Source: an uncultured Pelagibacteraceae bacterium
Lineage (GTDB): Bacteria > Pseudomonadota > Alphaproteobacteria > Pelagibacterales > Pelagibacteraceae
Reading direction: 5' to 3'
Assembly (NCBI GenBank): GCA_902591535.1
Contig: CACJBA010000003.1
Span: 22,859-86,858, forward strand
DNA: 64,000 nucleotides
Made by a program: the position numbers and the translations under genes. The notes below the pieces were generated by a model that saw only the letters and a list, made by a program, of their open reading frames with translations, ran no database searches and was not told the origin of the DNA. Shown piece after piece: positions 48,780 through 58,310 of the stretch (positions are counted from its first letter, which is position 1; each line of letters opens with the position of its first letter).

Positions 48780-49872
48780 ATTTTCTCTTTAGGTGTCTTA
48801 GCTTACCTTCGGTACTATCATAATCAATATAACAGCCTTGTAAAAATCTTTCGCCTTCTTTTGTCTCATAAGCTGTTCGTCCGTGAAGCAGTCTGTGATT
48901 ATCCATCATCATTAAATCTTTTGGTTCAAGTTTAAATTCAATTCTGTAATGCTCAGAATTATACATTTCAGAAAGTTTTTTTCTTGCCTGATAGTATAAG
49001 TCTAATTTATCTTTATCTAAAATTGGTACGTAATCTAGTCTAGGACTAAACCTCACTTGCTTAAAACTTTTATTCTCATTAAGTTCAATTAGTGGAGAAA
49101 TATTTTCCAAAATAACCTCTTTATCAATAAACTTAAATCTAACTTTTACCTCAGTTAAAATCTTATAAAATTCTGGATATTTAATTTTAAGATCCTCTGT
49201 CACGGTATATCCATCGACTAAAGTTGATAAACCTCCTGAAACTTTACTCTCAATACAATGTAAAAGCTGAATACATGGAACAGGGTTTCTATATGGATTA
49301 TCTGTATGCGGAGCTAAAGCAAGAGATGTATACGCCAGGTCGTTAGGATCTGGTTTAGATTTTACATCAAAATATTCACCGAAATTAGTTCTTCGTACAC
49401 TTCCTATAGAATTTGCAAATTCTACAATATAATTTTTACTGACTGGTATATTTTTAATAACAACAAATCCATATTTATAAAAAGATACAAGCAAATCATG
49501 CATTTCTTTACTTTCGTGAAAGTTTTCTTGAAATTTATAATTTTTAATATCTTTTAATGAAGAGTCCCATTTAATTTTTTCAATTGATTTAACAACTGTA
49601 TCTTCTTTAGAAAACTCTAATGTAATTTTATCAATTTCTAGTTTTGAATTAACACCATCATTAAAATCAATTTCTAAATATTTTTCATTGATATTAGCTT
49701 TATTTATTGAGATATCCTTGCTAAGAAAAGTTGGATCAAAAAGTCTTTGTTGTGTTCCTTTATCAAGATATTCTTCACCATTTGCCCTTTCTCTAAGCCA
49801 GAATGGGTGGATTTCTTTTTTTTCTGACCCATTATTAAAAAATACTTTATTTTGATTGAGTTCAATTTTCAT
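48769..49872 (-). CDS. Gamma-butyrobetaine hydroxylase-like TauD family 2OG dioxygenase
   Basis: WLRE N-domain, LAYT..ALAPHTDNPY, QLLHC, DNHRLLHGR, R.LQGCY. Confidence 0.85.
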   Translation of the reverse strand: MKIELNQNKVFFNNGSEKKEIHPFWLRERANGEEYLDKGTQQRLFDPTFLSKDISINKANINEKYLEIDFNDGVNSKLEIDKITLEFSKEDTVVKSIEKIKWDSSLKDIKNYKFQENFHESKEMHDLLVSFYKYGFVVIKNIPVSKNYIVEFANSIGSVRRTNFGEYFDVKSKPDPNDLAYTSLALAPHTDNPYRNPVPCIQLLHCIESKVSGGLSTLVDGYTVTEDLKIKYPEFYKILTEVKVRFKFIDKEVILENISPLIELNENKSFKQVRFSPRLDYVPILDKDKLDLYYQARKKLSEMYNSEHYRIEFKLEPKDLMMMDNHRLLHGRTAYETKEGERFLQGCYIDYDSTEGKLRHLKRKFNL

Positions 49873-49939
49873 ACTTATTTACTAAGGATTATTTAAAATT
49901 TAACTTTAATCAATATAAATTAAATAGTAAGAGTTCTTT

Positions 49940-50746
49940 GTGAAAAATTTTGATACAAAAAAATATCCCATATATGCTAACTTTTTAAATCAATTAGCAA
50001 AAGATTTAACGAGATTTTATTACAGCAAACTAGATAAACCTTTTAAGATAACTAATAAGCTCAAAGGCAAGGGATATGACCCGGTGACCACATCAGATAA
50101 AGCTTTTGAAAAGTTTATAAGATCCAAAATTTCAAAAAAATTCCCAGATCATCAAATTATAGGTGAAGAGTATGGTCACAAAAATTCTAAAAGTCTATTT
50201 TCTTGGGTAATTGATCCAATTGACGGAACTAGATCCTATGTTGTTGGAAATCCAAGTTGGAGTAATTTAATTTCTTTAAATTATAATGGAGAGCCTATTT
50301 TAGGTTTGGCTAACTTTCCAAAAATGAAAAAATACTATTTAAATATTAATAAAAATTCTGCTTATGTTTTTGAAAATAATAAAAAAAGAAAATTAAAGGT
50401 AAATACTAAAGTAAATTTTACAAATGCAAAATTAGCTGCTGCATTTCATAATACTTTAACTTTAAAACAACAATCAAAAATAAGTAAGTTTATAAAACGA
50501 ATGCAATTTCCATGTTTTGATGCTTTGACATACTGCCAACTAGCTGAAGGTAGACTTGAAATAGTTGCGCAATGTGCAAATAAGATTTGGGATATTCATC
50601 CTATTATGCCAATTGTAAGAGCTAGTGGAGCAATTGTAACAACTTGGGGAAATAAAAACCCGGTGGTAGGTGGAAATATTATTGTTTCAAATAATATAAG
50701 TAATCATAAAAAAGTTTTAAAATTATTAAAACCTTTAGCTAAATGA
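49940..50746 (+). CDS. Inositol monophosphatase family (HisN-like histidinol-phosphatase)
   Basis: DPVT..D, GEE, WVIDPIDGT, WD. Confidence 0.85.
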   Translation: MKNFDTKKYPIYANFLNQLAKDLTRFYYSKLDKPFKITNKLKGKGYDPVTTSDKAFEKFIRSKISKKFPDHQIIGEEYGHKNSKSLFSWVIDPIDGTRSYVVGNPSWSNLISLNYNGEPILGLANFPKMKKYYLNINKNSAYVFENNKKRKLKVNTKVNFTNAKLAAAFHNTLTLKQQSKISKFIKRMQFPCFDALTYCQLAEGRLEIVAQCANKIWDIHPIMPIVRASGAIVTTWGNKNPVVGGNIIVSNNISNHKKVLKLLKPLAK

Positions 50747-51306
50747 TACCTGATAAAGCCCAAGAAATTTTAGATTTTTGGTTTAAAGAAACTCCCTCCG
50801 AGATGCGATTCAAAAAAGATGAAAAATTTGATCAAAAAATTAGAGATAAATTTTTAAAGGATTATGAAGTTGCATCAAAAAATGAGTATGATGATTGGCA
50901 AGATAACCCAATGAGTTGTTTAGCTTTAGTTATTCTATTTGATCAGTTTTCAAGGAATATGTTTAGAAATGATAAAAAAGCATATGCACAAGATCATAAA
51001 ACTAGATTAATAGTAAATGATGCAGTTTATTCAGGGTATTTAGAAGCAATGAATGTTAATCAAAGATTATTTATGTTGTTACCACTAATTCATAGTGAAG
51101 AAATAAGTGACCATGAAATGGCTTACTATTTATTGAGTAAATATTTAAGGGAACACGAAGGATACAATAAAATCAAAAAGTTTTGGCAAGATCATACAAA
51201 AGTAATTAGACAGTTTCATCGTTATCCACATAGAAATGAAATCTTAGGTAGAGAAGCTACCGAGGAAGAAATTGAATTCCTAAAAGGCCCAAACTCTTCT
51301 TGGTAA
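50743..51306 (+). CDS. DUF924 family protein
   Basis: ILDFWF, DQFSRNMFR, PLIHSE, RYPHRN.LGR. Confidence 0.9.
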   Translation: MIPDKAQEILDFWFKETPSEMRFKKDEKFDQKIRDKFLKDYEVASKNEYDDWQDNPMSCLALVILFDQFSRNMFRNDKKAYAQDHKTRLIVNDAVYSGYLEAMNVNQRLFMLLPLIHSEEISDHEMAYYLLSKYLREHEGYNKIKKFWQDHTKVIRQFHRYPHRNEILGREATEEEIEFLKGPNSSW

Positions 51307-51307
51307 T

Positions 51308-51679
51308 ATGAATCTAGAATTTGTTTTTAAAATTATTGAAAAAGAGGAATGGCAAAATGCTAAGCAAACTGGAACTTACAATGGATCTGATAATGACAAA
51401 AAAGATGGGTATATTCACTTCTCTGAGGAAGATCAGGTACCAGAAACTCTCAAAAAGTATTACCCAAATAAAGAAAACCTTATTTTATTAAAAGTTAACG
51501 CTTTTAAACTTGAGCATTTACTTTGGGAACAGGCTTCAAATGGGGATATGTATCCACACTTATATTCACCTCTAGATATCAAAAATGTTGTAGATGAGTT
51601 TGAGCTACCTTTAGATAATGATGGAATTCACGAGCTTCCTGAAATTTTAAAAAAATATCAATTTAGTCGTCCTAGGTAA
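51308..51679 (+). CDS. DUF952 family protein
   Basis: FKI...W, DGYIHFS, YPHLY..L. Confidence 0.9.
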   Translation: MNLEFVFKIIEKEEWQNAKQTGTYNGSDNDKKDGYIHFSEEDQVPETLKKYYPNKENLILLKVNAFKLEHLLWEQASNGDMYPHLYSPLDIKNVVDEFELPLDNDGIHELPEILKKYQFSRPR

Positions 51680-51993
51680 TTTACCATTACCACACCAATG
51701 ACAATTAAAATAATTCCTATAGTTCCATAAATATTTGGAACCTGGTTGAATCTTAATACTGCAAAAAGTACGACACCAGTAACGGTTAAACCACTATAAG
51801 TAGAATAGGCAAAACCAACTGGAAGTGCTGACATTGCTTTTGCAATCGAAAACATTGTGATGCACATAAATAATATACACAAAATTGATGGAGTTAATTT
51901 TGTAAAACCTTCAGAAATTTTAGCTAAACTATTAGAGGCAATTCCAAAAATGATACCATTTGCTAGAAATAAGTATCCAAATAAAGGTTTCAC
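51658..51993 (-). CDS. SMR/DMT small multidrug-type transporter subunit
   Basis: 4 TM; KISEGFT, LPVGFAY. Confidence 0.85.
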   Translation of the reverse strand: MKPLFGYLFLANGIIFGIASNSLAKISEGFTKLTPSILCILFMCITMFSIAKAMSALPVGFAYSTYSGLTVTGVVLFAVLRFNQVPNIYGTIGIILIVIGVVMVNYLGRLN

Positions 51994-51995
51994 AA

Positions 51996-52328
51996 TTATT
52001 TATTTCCTAATAAGTTTACCATTAAAACTCCAATAATAATCAATGCCAGACCGATCATTGAGTATAAATTAGGTACTTGATTATATTTAATTACACCAAC
52101 AATGACTGTTGCAATTATAGTAAGTCCTGCAAATGAGGCATATGTAATACCCATTGGAATATTCTTCATTACCAATGAAAGAGCATACATACATAAAACA
52201 ATTGTGATTGCTGTAATTATACTTGGAAATATAAGGGTAAATCCTTCAGCACTTTTAGCAAAACTGTTTGAGGTAACTCCTAAGAAAACAGCTATACCTA
52301 GAAATAAATATGAAGTGACAAGACTCAT
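51996..52328 (-). CDS. SMR/DMT small multidrug-type transporter subunit
   Basis: 4 TM; KSAEGFT, IPMGITYA. Confidence 0.85.
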   Translation of the reverse strand: MSLVTSYLFLGIAVFLGVTSNSFAKSAEGFTLIFPSIITAITIVLCMYALSLVMKNIPMGITYASFAGLTIIATVIVGVIKYNQVPNLYSMIGLALIIIGVLMVNLLGNK

Positions 52329-52366
52329 TTAATTATCATAAATGAAATCTTGCCAAATTTATATAA

Positions 52367-52687
52367 TTATTTTGGCATTGGAGTAGCACCAGTTTCTAAA
52401 CTGACAATTTTCCCATTGTCATATTTGTAAACTGCCATTACAGCCTCAACATTTCCATCATTAAATGTTACAAATGCATGGTGAATTCCAACTTCATCAT
52501 TTTCATAAACAATTCTTGCCTTATCTTGATTAATGTCACCGCTCATAGCCCATTTAATAACATCAACTTTAGTTAAAACATTTCCTGATTTATGCATCGT
52601 GAATTTAAAATCATCATGCAACAGATCATTCATTGTAGCTTCATCTTTATTTTTTAATGCAGCACTATATTTTTCTAATATAGACAT
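52367..52687 (-). CDS. NTF2/SnoaL-like small protein
   Basis: LLHDDF, YEND, GKIVSLETGATP; 106 aa. Confidence 0.7.
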   Translation of the reverse strand: MSILEKYSAALKNKDEATMNDLLHDDFKFTMHKSGNVLTKVDVIKWAMSGDINQDKARIVYENDEVGIHHAFVTFNDGNVEAVMAVYKYDNGKIVSLETGATPMPK

Positions 52688-52692
52688 ATTTT

Positions 52693-52983
52693 TTATGCTC
52701 CTTTTATTATTATCCCATTAGTTTCAGCGTTATCTAATCGAATTTGTTTAATTGGTTGATATTCTTCTGAGTTATACCATTCCAAAGCTTTTTCATATGA
52801 GGGAAATTTCATCACTACAGTTCTTGGATGTTGCCAAGTTCCTTCTATCACTTGATTTTCGCCTCCTCTTACAATGTATTCTGCTCCAAACTTTTCAGCC
52901 ACTGTTACAACTTGTTCAATATAATGTTTGTAATTTTCTGGATTAGTAACATTGATATTAAATATTGCATAACCAGCTGACAT
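52693..52983 (-). CDS. DUF1330 family protein
   Basis: YIVRGG...EG.W..RTVV..FPS.E.A..WYNS.EYQ. Confidence 0.9.
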   Translation of the reverse strand: MSAGYAIFNINVTNPENYKHYIEQVVTVAEKFGAEYIVRGGENQVIEGTWQHPRTVVMKFPSYEKALEWYNSEEYQPIKQIRLDNAETNGIIIKGA

Positions 52984-53306
52984 TATTCACCTGGCTTCTT
53001 GTAACTTTTTGATGCATCAGAAGCTTTTTTAAATGCGCTGTTGTAGTCAAATACTTCATGAACCATCAGATCTGACATCATTCCGCTATTTAGAACAGTT
53101 ACTTTCATTGCAAGAACACTTTCATAGTCCCCCTCAACACAGAAAAGAACATCAAAACGTCCTCTTAACCACTCATAACTTATTGCTTTAACTCCTAAGC
53201 TATCACACATGGATTTCATCACTGCACCTCTATCTGCAGCAGGGTCAGCATGCATTTTTTTTAATAACTCAGGACTTGCTTTTCCAATTACATAAAATTT
53301 AGACAT
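52983..53306 (-). CDS. GYD-like small alpha+beta barrel protein
   Basis: DR.......LG........GRFD.......SG, C-terminal YKKPG. Confidence 0.7.
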   Translation of the reverse strand: MSKFYVIGKASPELLKKMHADPAADRGAVMKSMCDSLGVKAISYEWLRGRFDVLFCVEGDYESVLAMKVTVLNSGMMSDLMVHEVFDYNSAFKKASDASKSYKKPGE

Positions 53307-53656
53307 TATTCACCCCACATTCCATGAAATTCATATACTACTGCCGGTTTATCTCCAACAACCCATCCATCATGACCTGGTTGTATTGAATATGCATCAC
53401 CAGCTTTATAAGTTAGTTCAGTTCCATCATTATGTTTTGCACAAACAGCACCTGAGATAATTATACCAAGATGTGTAGCTTGACAACTGTCACCACCAAC
53501 TGTTGGCTTTATATCTTTTGACCATTGCCAACCAGGTTGCAAAGTAAGTTTCATCAATCTTTGATTTCCAACTTTGACCGCTTCAATTTTAGCATTATTA
53601 AAATTATCATTTACTTCATCTGCTTTATCAAAACTTTTTACTTCTATTCCAGCCAT
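53306..53656 (-). CDS. Cupin domain protein
   Basis: PGWQWS...SCQATH.G...I.PGHD.WVVGD.P; strong SD AGGAGG. Confidence 0.85.
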   Translation of the reverse strand: MAGIEVKSFDKADEVNDNFNNAKIEAVKVGNQRLMKLTLQPGWQWSKDIKPTVGGDSCQATHLGIIISGAVCAKHNDGTELTYKAGDAYSIQPGHDGWVVGDKPAVVYEFHGMWGE

Positions 53657-53732
53657 TTTTCCTCCTTGTTACCAATAATTTAGTTACTAACTCTAGCAGA
53701 GATCAGTCAGTATGTGTAGCCTCAGTTTTCAA

Positions 53733-54014
53733 CTATACTTTAGCTAACTCGTAAATTTCATAACCAGTCATTACTTCATCAAATACAGGTTTTGAAACTG
53801 GATTTGATCCATCCATAAATGAATGAAGTGCTGCCATGTCATGAACTACAATTTTAAACATTACTGTTGATTTATCAGGTGAAACACTAGCTATTGTTTT
53901 TGTAACATCTGCAACTTTTTTTCTTTCAGCCATACCTTCATCTGATTGCATAAAGCCCATAAACTTTTCAAATGCTCCTTCTTTTAACTTTCCTACTACC
54001 AATATATCTTTCAT
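53733..54014 (-). CDS. Hypothetical small ferredoxin-like alpha+beta barrel protein
   Basis: 93 aa with beta-alpha-beta pattern; SD AAGGAG. Confidence 0.7.
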   Translation of the reverse strand: MKDILVVGKLKEGAFEKFMGFMQSDEGMAERKKVADVTKTIASVSPDKSTVMFKIVVHDMAALHSFMDGSNPVSKPVFDEVMTGYEIYELAKV

Positions 54015-54047
54015 TTTTAACTCCTTTTTTTTATTTTATTTTCCTTT

Positions 54048-54524
54048 TTAATAAGTGTACTCCCCACTCATTTGATTCATTGAGTGAGCCATACCAGCTT
54101 TACCTCTTATATTTTGTCTACTTGAGAAACCGCTTCCAGAAATATTTTCATATTTTCCAGTTCCACCAATAATAATAAAAGTACCAGTTCCACCTTGACC
54201 ACCAGTTCCTTTGCCTTTGTAATTCATGTAAACTTTTTCTCCATCCATTAAATAAAATGTACACATACCTGTTTCATCATCAAACTTTCCAGATACCAAT
54301 GTTAGTCCACCAATACAATGCATAGTAGATTTATCAAAAATACTTCCAGGTTCTTTATCCATTAGTCCAGCATTACCATCGTAAGTAATACTCATGTTTC
54401 CGTTTCCAGCATCCATCGCATTTAATGACCATGATCCTGCTCCAGCAGCATTAAATTTCCCTGATTCTGCAAATGTTGTTGAAGACATTAATGTAAAAAT
54501 TAATGATAATATTATTTTTTTCAT
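54048..54524 (-). CDS. Secreted beta-barrel protein (allene-oxide-cyclase/dirigent-like, tentative)
   Basis: Signal peptide; C.GG...G.C...DG....GGTGKY..ISG motif. Confidence 0.65.
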   Translation of the reverse strand: MKKIILSLIFTLMSSTTFAESGKFNAAGAGSWSLNAMDAGNGNMSITYDGNAGLMDKEPGSIFDKSTMHCIGGLTLVSGKFDDETGMCTFYLMDGEKVYMNYKGKGTGGQGGTGTFIIIGGTGKYENISGSGFSSRQNIRGKAGMAHSMNQMSGEYTY

Positions 54525-54687
54525 ACTACTCCTATTGTTATTTATTTTTTTAACTATAGGGTCAGATTTTTATATATTAAGTATACTTATTCTTGTGTTT
54601 AAATCACTTAACAGTTATGCATATTTTGAGTAATAAAAACGTTGTTTAAAGCTATTAATTTTTTTTAAATTTTGGTAACTTGAACCT

Positions 54688-55104
54688 ATGATTGAAAAGT
54701 TTAATGGAATATTTTATTTAGTAGTGTTTCTTGCACATTTCATTGGAATAGCTGTTTATTGTTTTCAAACAATTGTTGGAACAAAAACATTCATGGATAA
54801 GTTTAATATAGATCATAGTGCTGCAATTATTGTTAGATTTGCCGGCGCGTTAATGATTGGTTGGGTAATAATGGCACTTTATATAATGTTCATAAGACCT
54901 AACGGTGCAGAAGGAACTTGGGCTTTCTTTACTTTATTAGTAATTATTCATGCTTGTGTTTTTCTGACAAATTTTTATTCAATTAAAATTGATAAAACTG
55001 GAATAAATGAAAAAACTAGTAACGAAGGAATAATTGCACCTTTTATCTTTTTTATTTTAAGCGCTATTCTTTGTTACGGATTAGCAGATAAAATTTACGC
55101 TTAA
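54688..55104 (+). CDS. Hypothetical 4-TM membrane protein
   Basis: Four hydrophobic segments; divergent from the small-protein cluster. Confidence 0.7.
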   Translation: MIEKFNGIFYLVVFLAHFIGIAVYCFQTIVGTKTFMDKFNIDHSAAIIVRFAGALMIGWVIMALYIMFIRPNGAEGTWAFFTLLVIIHACVFLTNFYSIKIDKTGINEKTSNEGIIAPFIFFILSAILCYGLADKIYA

Positions 55105-56102
55105 AACCAATTAGGTACTGGAAGACCTTTTTCTTCTAAGAATTTTTTATTAAACATTTTAGTTGCATACTTATCACTTCTATCACAAAGAATGGTTACT
55201 ATAGTTTTTCCAGGGCCTAATTCTTTACCCATCCTAATTGCTCCAGCTATATTTATTCCACAACTAGTACCTAGACTCAAACCTTCATTTTTAATTAAAT
55301 CATAAAGTATTGGTAAAGCTTCATGATCATCAATTGAATAAGCATCATCAATTTTAGCTTCAGCAAAGTTAGCTGTAACCCTACTTGATCCAATTCCTTC
55401 TGTAATAGATCCACCTTCTGATTTTAGTTCACCATTTTTAACATAATTATAGAGCGCGGAGCCTTTTGGATCAGATAAATAAATTTTTATATCTTTATTC
55501 TTTTCTTTAAGAGCATTACTTACCCCCGAAATTGTTCCTCCAGTACCTGAAGAGCATACAAAGCCATCAACTTTACCATCAGTCTGTTCCCAAATTTCCT
55601 GACCTGTACCTTCGTAATGACCTTTGGCATTAGCTGTATTATCAAACTGATTTGCCCAAATAACTCCATTATTATTTGTTGGTCTTAATTCATCAGCAAG
55701 TCTAGCTGCTACTTTAACAAAGTTATTGTCGTCTTTATAAGGTTTAGGTGGAACTAATTTTAATTCAGCTCCAAGATTTATTAATAAATCTTTTTTTTCC
55801 TGAGTTTGATTGTCATTCATCACAATGATTGTTTTGTAACCTAAAGAATTACCTAAAAGACCTAAACCAATTCCTGTGTTGCCTGCTGTTCCTTCAACAA
55901 CAGTACCACCTTTAGAAATTAATTTTTTATCTTGTGCATCTTTGATTAAAGCAAGAGCAGCTCTATCTTTGACTGATCCACCAGGATTTAAAAATTCTGC
56001 TTTTCCATAAATATTACATCCAGTAATTTCAGAAGCAGCTCTTAATTTGATTAGAGGAGTGTTTCCTATTCCTGAGATGAAATCAGTTTGTGTATTATTC
56101 AT
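55101..56102 (-). CDS. cysK: Cysteine synthase A (O-acetylserine sulfhydrylase)
   Basis: Start reassigned to 56102 (MNNTQT); [18 protein letters not shown] Lys, TAGNTG, GTGGT, EGIG. Confidence 0.93.
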   Translation of the reverse strand: MNNTQTDFISGIGNTPLIKLRAASEITGCNIYGKAEFLNPGGSVKDRAALALIKDAQDKKLISKGGTVVEGTAGNTGIGLGLLGNSLGYKTIIVMNDNQTQEKKDLLINLGAELKLVPPKPYKDDNNFVKVAARLADELRPTNNNGVIWANQFDNTANAKGHYEGTGQEIWEQTDGKVDGFVCSSGTGGTISGVSNALKEKNKDIKIYLSDPKGSALYNYVKNGELKSEGGSITEGIGSSRVTANFAEAKIDDAYSIDDHEALPILYDLIKNEGLSLGTSCGINIAGAIRMGKELGPGKTIVTILCDRSDKYATKMFNKKFLEEKGLPVPNWF

Positions 56103-56679
56103 TGTCTGATTTTTTATCACTATCAGGTGTGATACCATAAGGTTTAAATTCACTATCAGCAATCCCAACATTTCTTGCTGGAATTCCAACCATTACAGCA
56201 TTTTCTGGAACATCTTTTGTTATTACTGCATTTGCTCCAATTCTTGCACCTTTACCTACTACAACTGGTCCTAACACTTGTGCTCCTGATCCAATTACCA
56301 CATCTTCTCTTATGGTAGGATGTCTTTTAGTATTTCGCTGATCATTTGAATTTATACTTGGAGCAATTCCACCTAGTGTAACCATGTGATAAATAGTTAC
56401 ATTATCACCGATCTCTGATGTCTCACCGATTACGACTCCCATACCATGGTCAATAAACAAATTTTTTCCAATTTTTGCATTTGGATGAATTTCAATTCCA
56501 GTTAAGAACCTTGATAATTGAGAAATGATTCTAGCAATCAAATAAAATTTTGCAGTACTAAAAAAATTAGCTATTCTATGAAAGAATACTGCTTTTACTC
56601 CGGGATAAGTTAATATTAAACTTAATTTAGATCTTGCAGCAGGATCTCTATCAATTATGGATTGTAAAAAATCACTCAT
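56095..56679 (-). CDS. cysE: Serine O-acetyltransferase
   Basis: [33 protein letters not shown]. Confidence 0.96.
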   Translation of the reverse strand: MSDFLQSIIDRDPAARSKLSLILTYPGVKAVFFHRIANFFSTAKFYLIARIISQLSRFLTGIEIHPNAKIGKNLFIDHGMGVVIGETSEIGDNVTIYHMVTLGGIAPSINSNDQRNTKRHPTIREDVVIGSGAQVLGPVVVGKGARIGANAVITKDVPENAVMVGIPARNVGIADSEFKPYGITPDSDKKSDNE

Positions 56680-56760
56680 TTTTTGTTAATTTACTAATTG
56701 TTGATTAAAAAATTATATGCCTTATATAGTATCTAAACACGCAATTTAAAGAGGGTCGAA

Positions 56761-57171
56761 ATGTATAAGAATACTAATTGTTTTCATTTAGCCATACCTT
56801 GTGGAGATTTAGAGGTAGCAAAAAAATTTTATAGTGAGACTTTAGGCTGTAGATTAGATAACTCCGCTCAAGAATGGGCAGATGTTGATTTTTGGGGCAA
56901 TGAATTAACTCTTCACAAAAGTGAACACAAATTAGATAGTGAAAGACATGATGTTGATATGGGCAATGTATCAGTTCCTCATTTTGGAGTTCATTTATCT
57001 AGAAAAGACTTTGATGCACTTAAACAGAGGTTAAAAGATAGTGGTACCAAATATTATGACGAACCTTATTTGAGATTTAAAGGAACAAAGTATGAGCAGG
57101 AGACTTTTTTTGTAAAAGATCCTAATGAAAATATTTTAGAAATAAAAACTCTTACTTCAAATCCAGATTAA
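56761..57171 (+). CDS. VOC/glyoxalase family protein
   Basis: FHLA, FYSE.LGC, HFGV, DPN.NILE.K. Confidence 0.85.
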   Translation: MYKNTNCFHLAIPCGDLEVAKKFYSETLGCRLDNSAQEWADVDFWGNELTLHKSEHKLDSERHDVDMGNVSVPHFGVHLSRKDFDALKQRLKDSGTKYYDEPYLRFKGTKYEQETFFVKDPNENILEIKTLTSNPD

Positions 57172-57279
57172 TTCTTTACAATTATTCTAATCTATATTGC
57201 ATTAATTACACATCTATTTTCTTTGACACACGATCTGAATTCGCGTTAAGTTCATTATTTAAATTTAAAAGGAGATAAA

Positions 57280-58242
57280 ATGCGAATAATTAAAACTACA
57301 CTTGTAGCTGGATTAATCTCAATTTTAGCAATGTTCTCTGCACAAGCAGAAAAAGTTAAAATTGGTGATCCAGGTTGGACAGGTGCAACAGCTATTGCAA
57401 ATTTATTAGCTGCAGTTGTTACAGATAAAATGGGTGGAGAAGCTGAGCTTGTTCCAGGAAACAATACTGCAATTTATGCAGCAATTGATAGAGGAAAAGG
57501 TGAAATCGATGTACACCCTGATATTTGGTTACCAAACCAAGAAGCTTATACAAATGATTTGGTTCCAAAAGGAACTTTAAAATTAAGTAGCAAACCTTAT
57601 GAAGGAAACCAAGGTTACTGTGTTTCCCAACAGTTTGCTAAAAAAATGAATATTACAGCAATTGAAGACTTAGCAAGACCTGAAGTTGTTAAAGCTATGG
57701 ATAGCGATGGAAATGGTAAAGGTGAGTTTTGGATTGGTGCTGATGGTTGGGCTTCTGCAAATGTGAACCAAGTTAAATTAAGAGACTATGGTTTATATGA
57801 TGCTGGTATCGAAGCAGTTAGAGCTGCTGAAGCAGTTAAAAATGCAAGAGTACTAGACTCAATTAAAAAAGGTGAAGGTTATGCATTCTATTGCTACAAA
57901 CCTCATGCAATATGGGGAATGGCTGACGTAGTAATGTTAACAGAACCAAAATACGATCCTGCAAAATATAAAATGATTCAACCTAAAGCAGATGCTGACT
58001 GGTATAAGAAATCTTATGTTGCATCAAAAGATGCTCTTAAGCAAATTCAAATCGGTTGGGCAACTTCTTTAGAGAGTCAATCACCAGCTATTGTAGAATT
58101 CTTTAAGAATTTTCAATTAACAGCTGATGATGTTTCTGCAATGGCTTATGCAGTTTCAGTTGAGAAAAAAGATCCAGCTGATGTCGCAAGAGCTTGGATG
58201 GAAGCAAATAAATCAACTGTAGACGGTTGGTTAGGACTATAA
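57280..58242 (+). CDS. Glycine betaine/choline/proline-family ABC substrate-binding protein
   Basis: Signal peptide; PGWT, DVHPDIWLPN, GADGW, PH, ARAW. Confidence 0.88.
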   Translation: MRIIKTTLVAGLISILAMFSAQAEKVKIGDPGWTGATAIANLLAAVVTDKMGGEAELVPGNNTAIYAAIDRGKGEIDVHPDIWLPNQEAYTNDLVPKGTLKLSSKPYEGNQGYCVSQQFAKKMNITAIEDLARPEVVKAMDSDGNGKGEFWIGADGWASANVNQVKLRDYGLYDAGIEAVRAAEAVKNARVLDSIKKGEGYAFYCYKPHAIWGMADVVMLTEPKYDPAKYKMIQPKADADWYKKSYVASKDALKQIQIGWATSLESQSPAIVEFFKNFQLTADDVSAMAYAVSVEKKDPADVARAWMEANKSTVDGWLGL

Positions 58243-58256
58243 TCTAAATCAAAATT

Positions 58257-58291
58257 TATACTCGGCGATTAAATGTTGCCGAGTATATTTT
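58257..58291 (+). terminator. Stem-loop after the SBP gene
   Basis: TATACTCGGCGA (58257-268) pairs with TTGCCGAGTATA (58276-287), followed by TTTT. Confidence 0.78.
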
Positions 58292-58310
58292 CCTATATTA
58301 AAAGAAAAAA

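Noticed and set aside
53306-53656. Cupin as the DMSP lyase DddK
   Set aside because: It lacks the LHYH...EIY cupin motif I recall for DddK and has the different PGWxWS/CQxxH pattern.
56103-56189. N-terminal extension of cysK in the track
   Set aside because: Overlaps cysE; homology begins at MNNTQT (56102).
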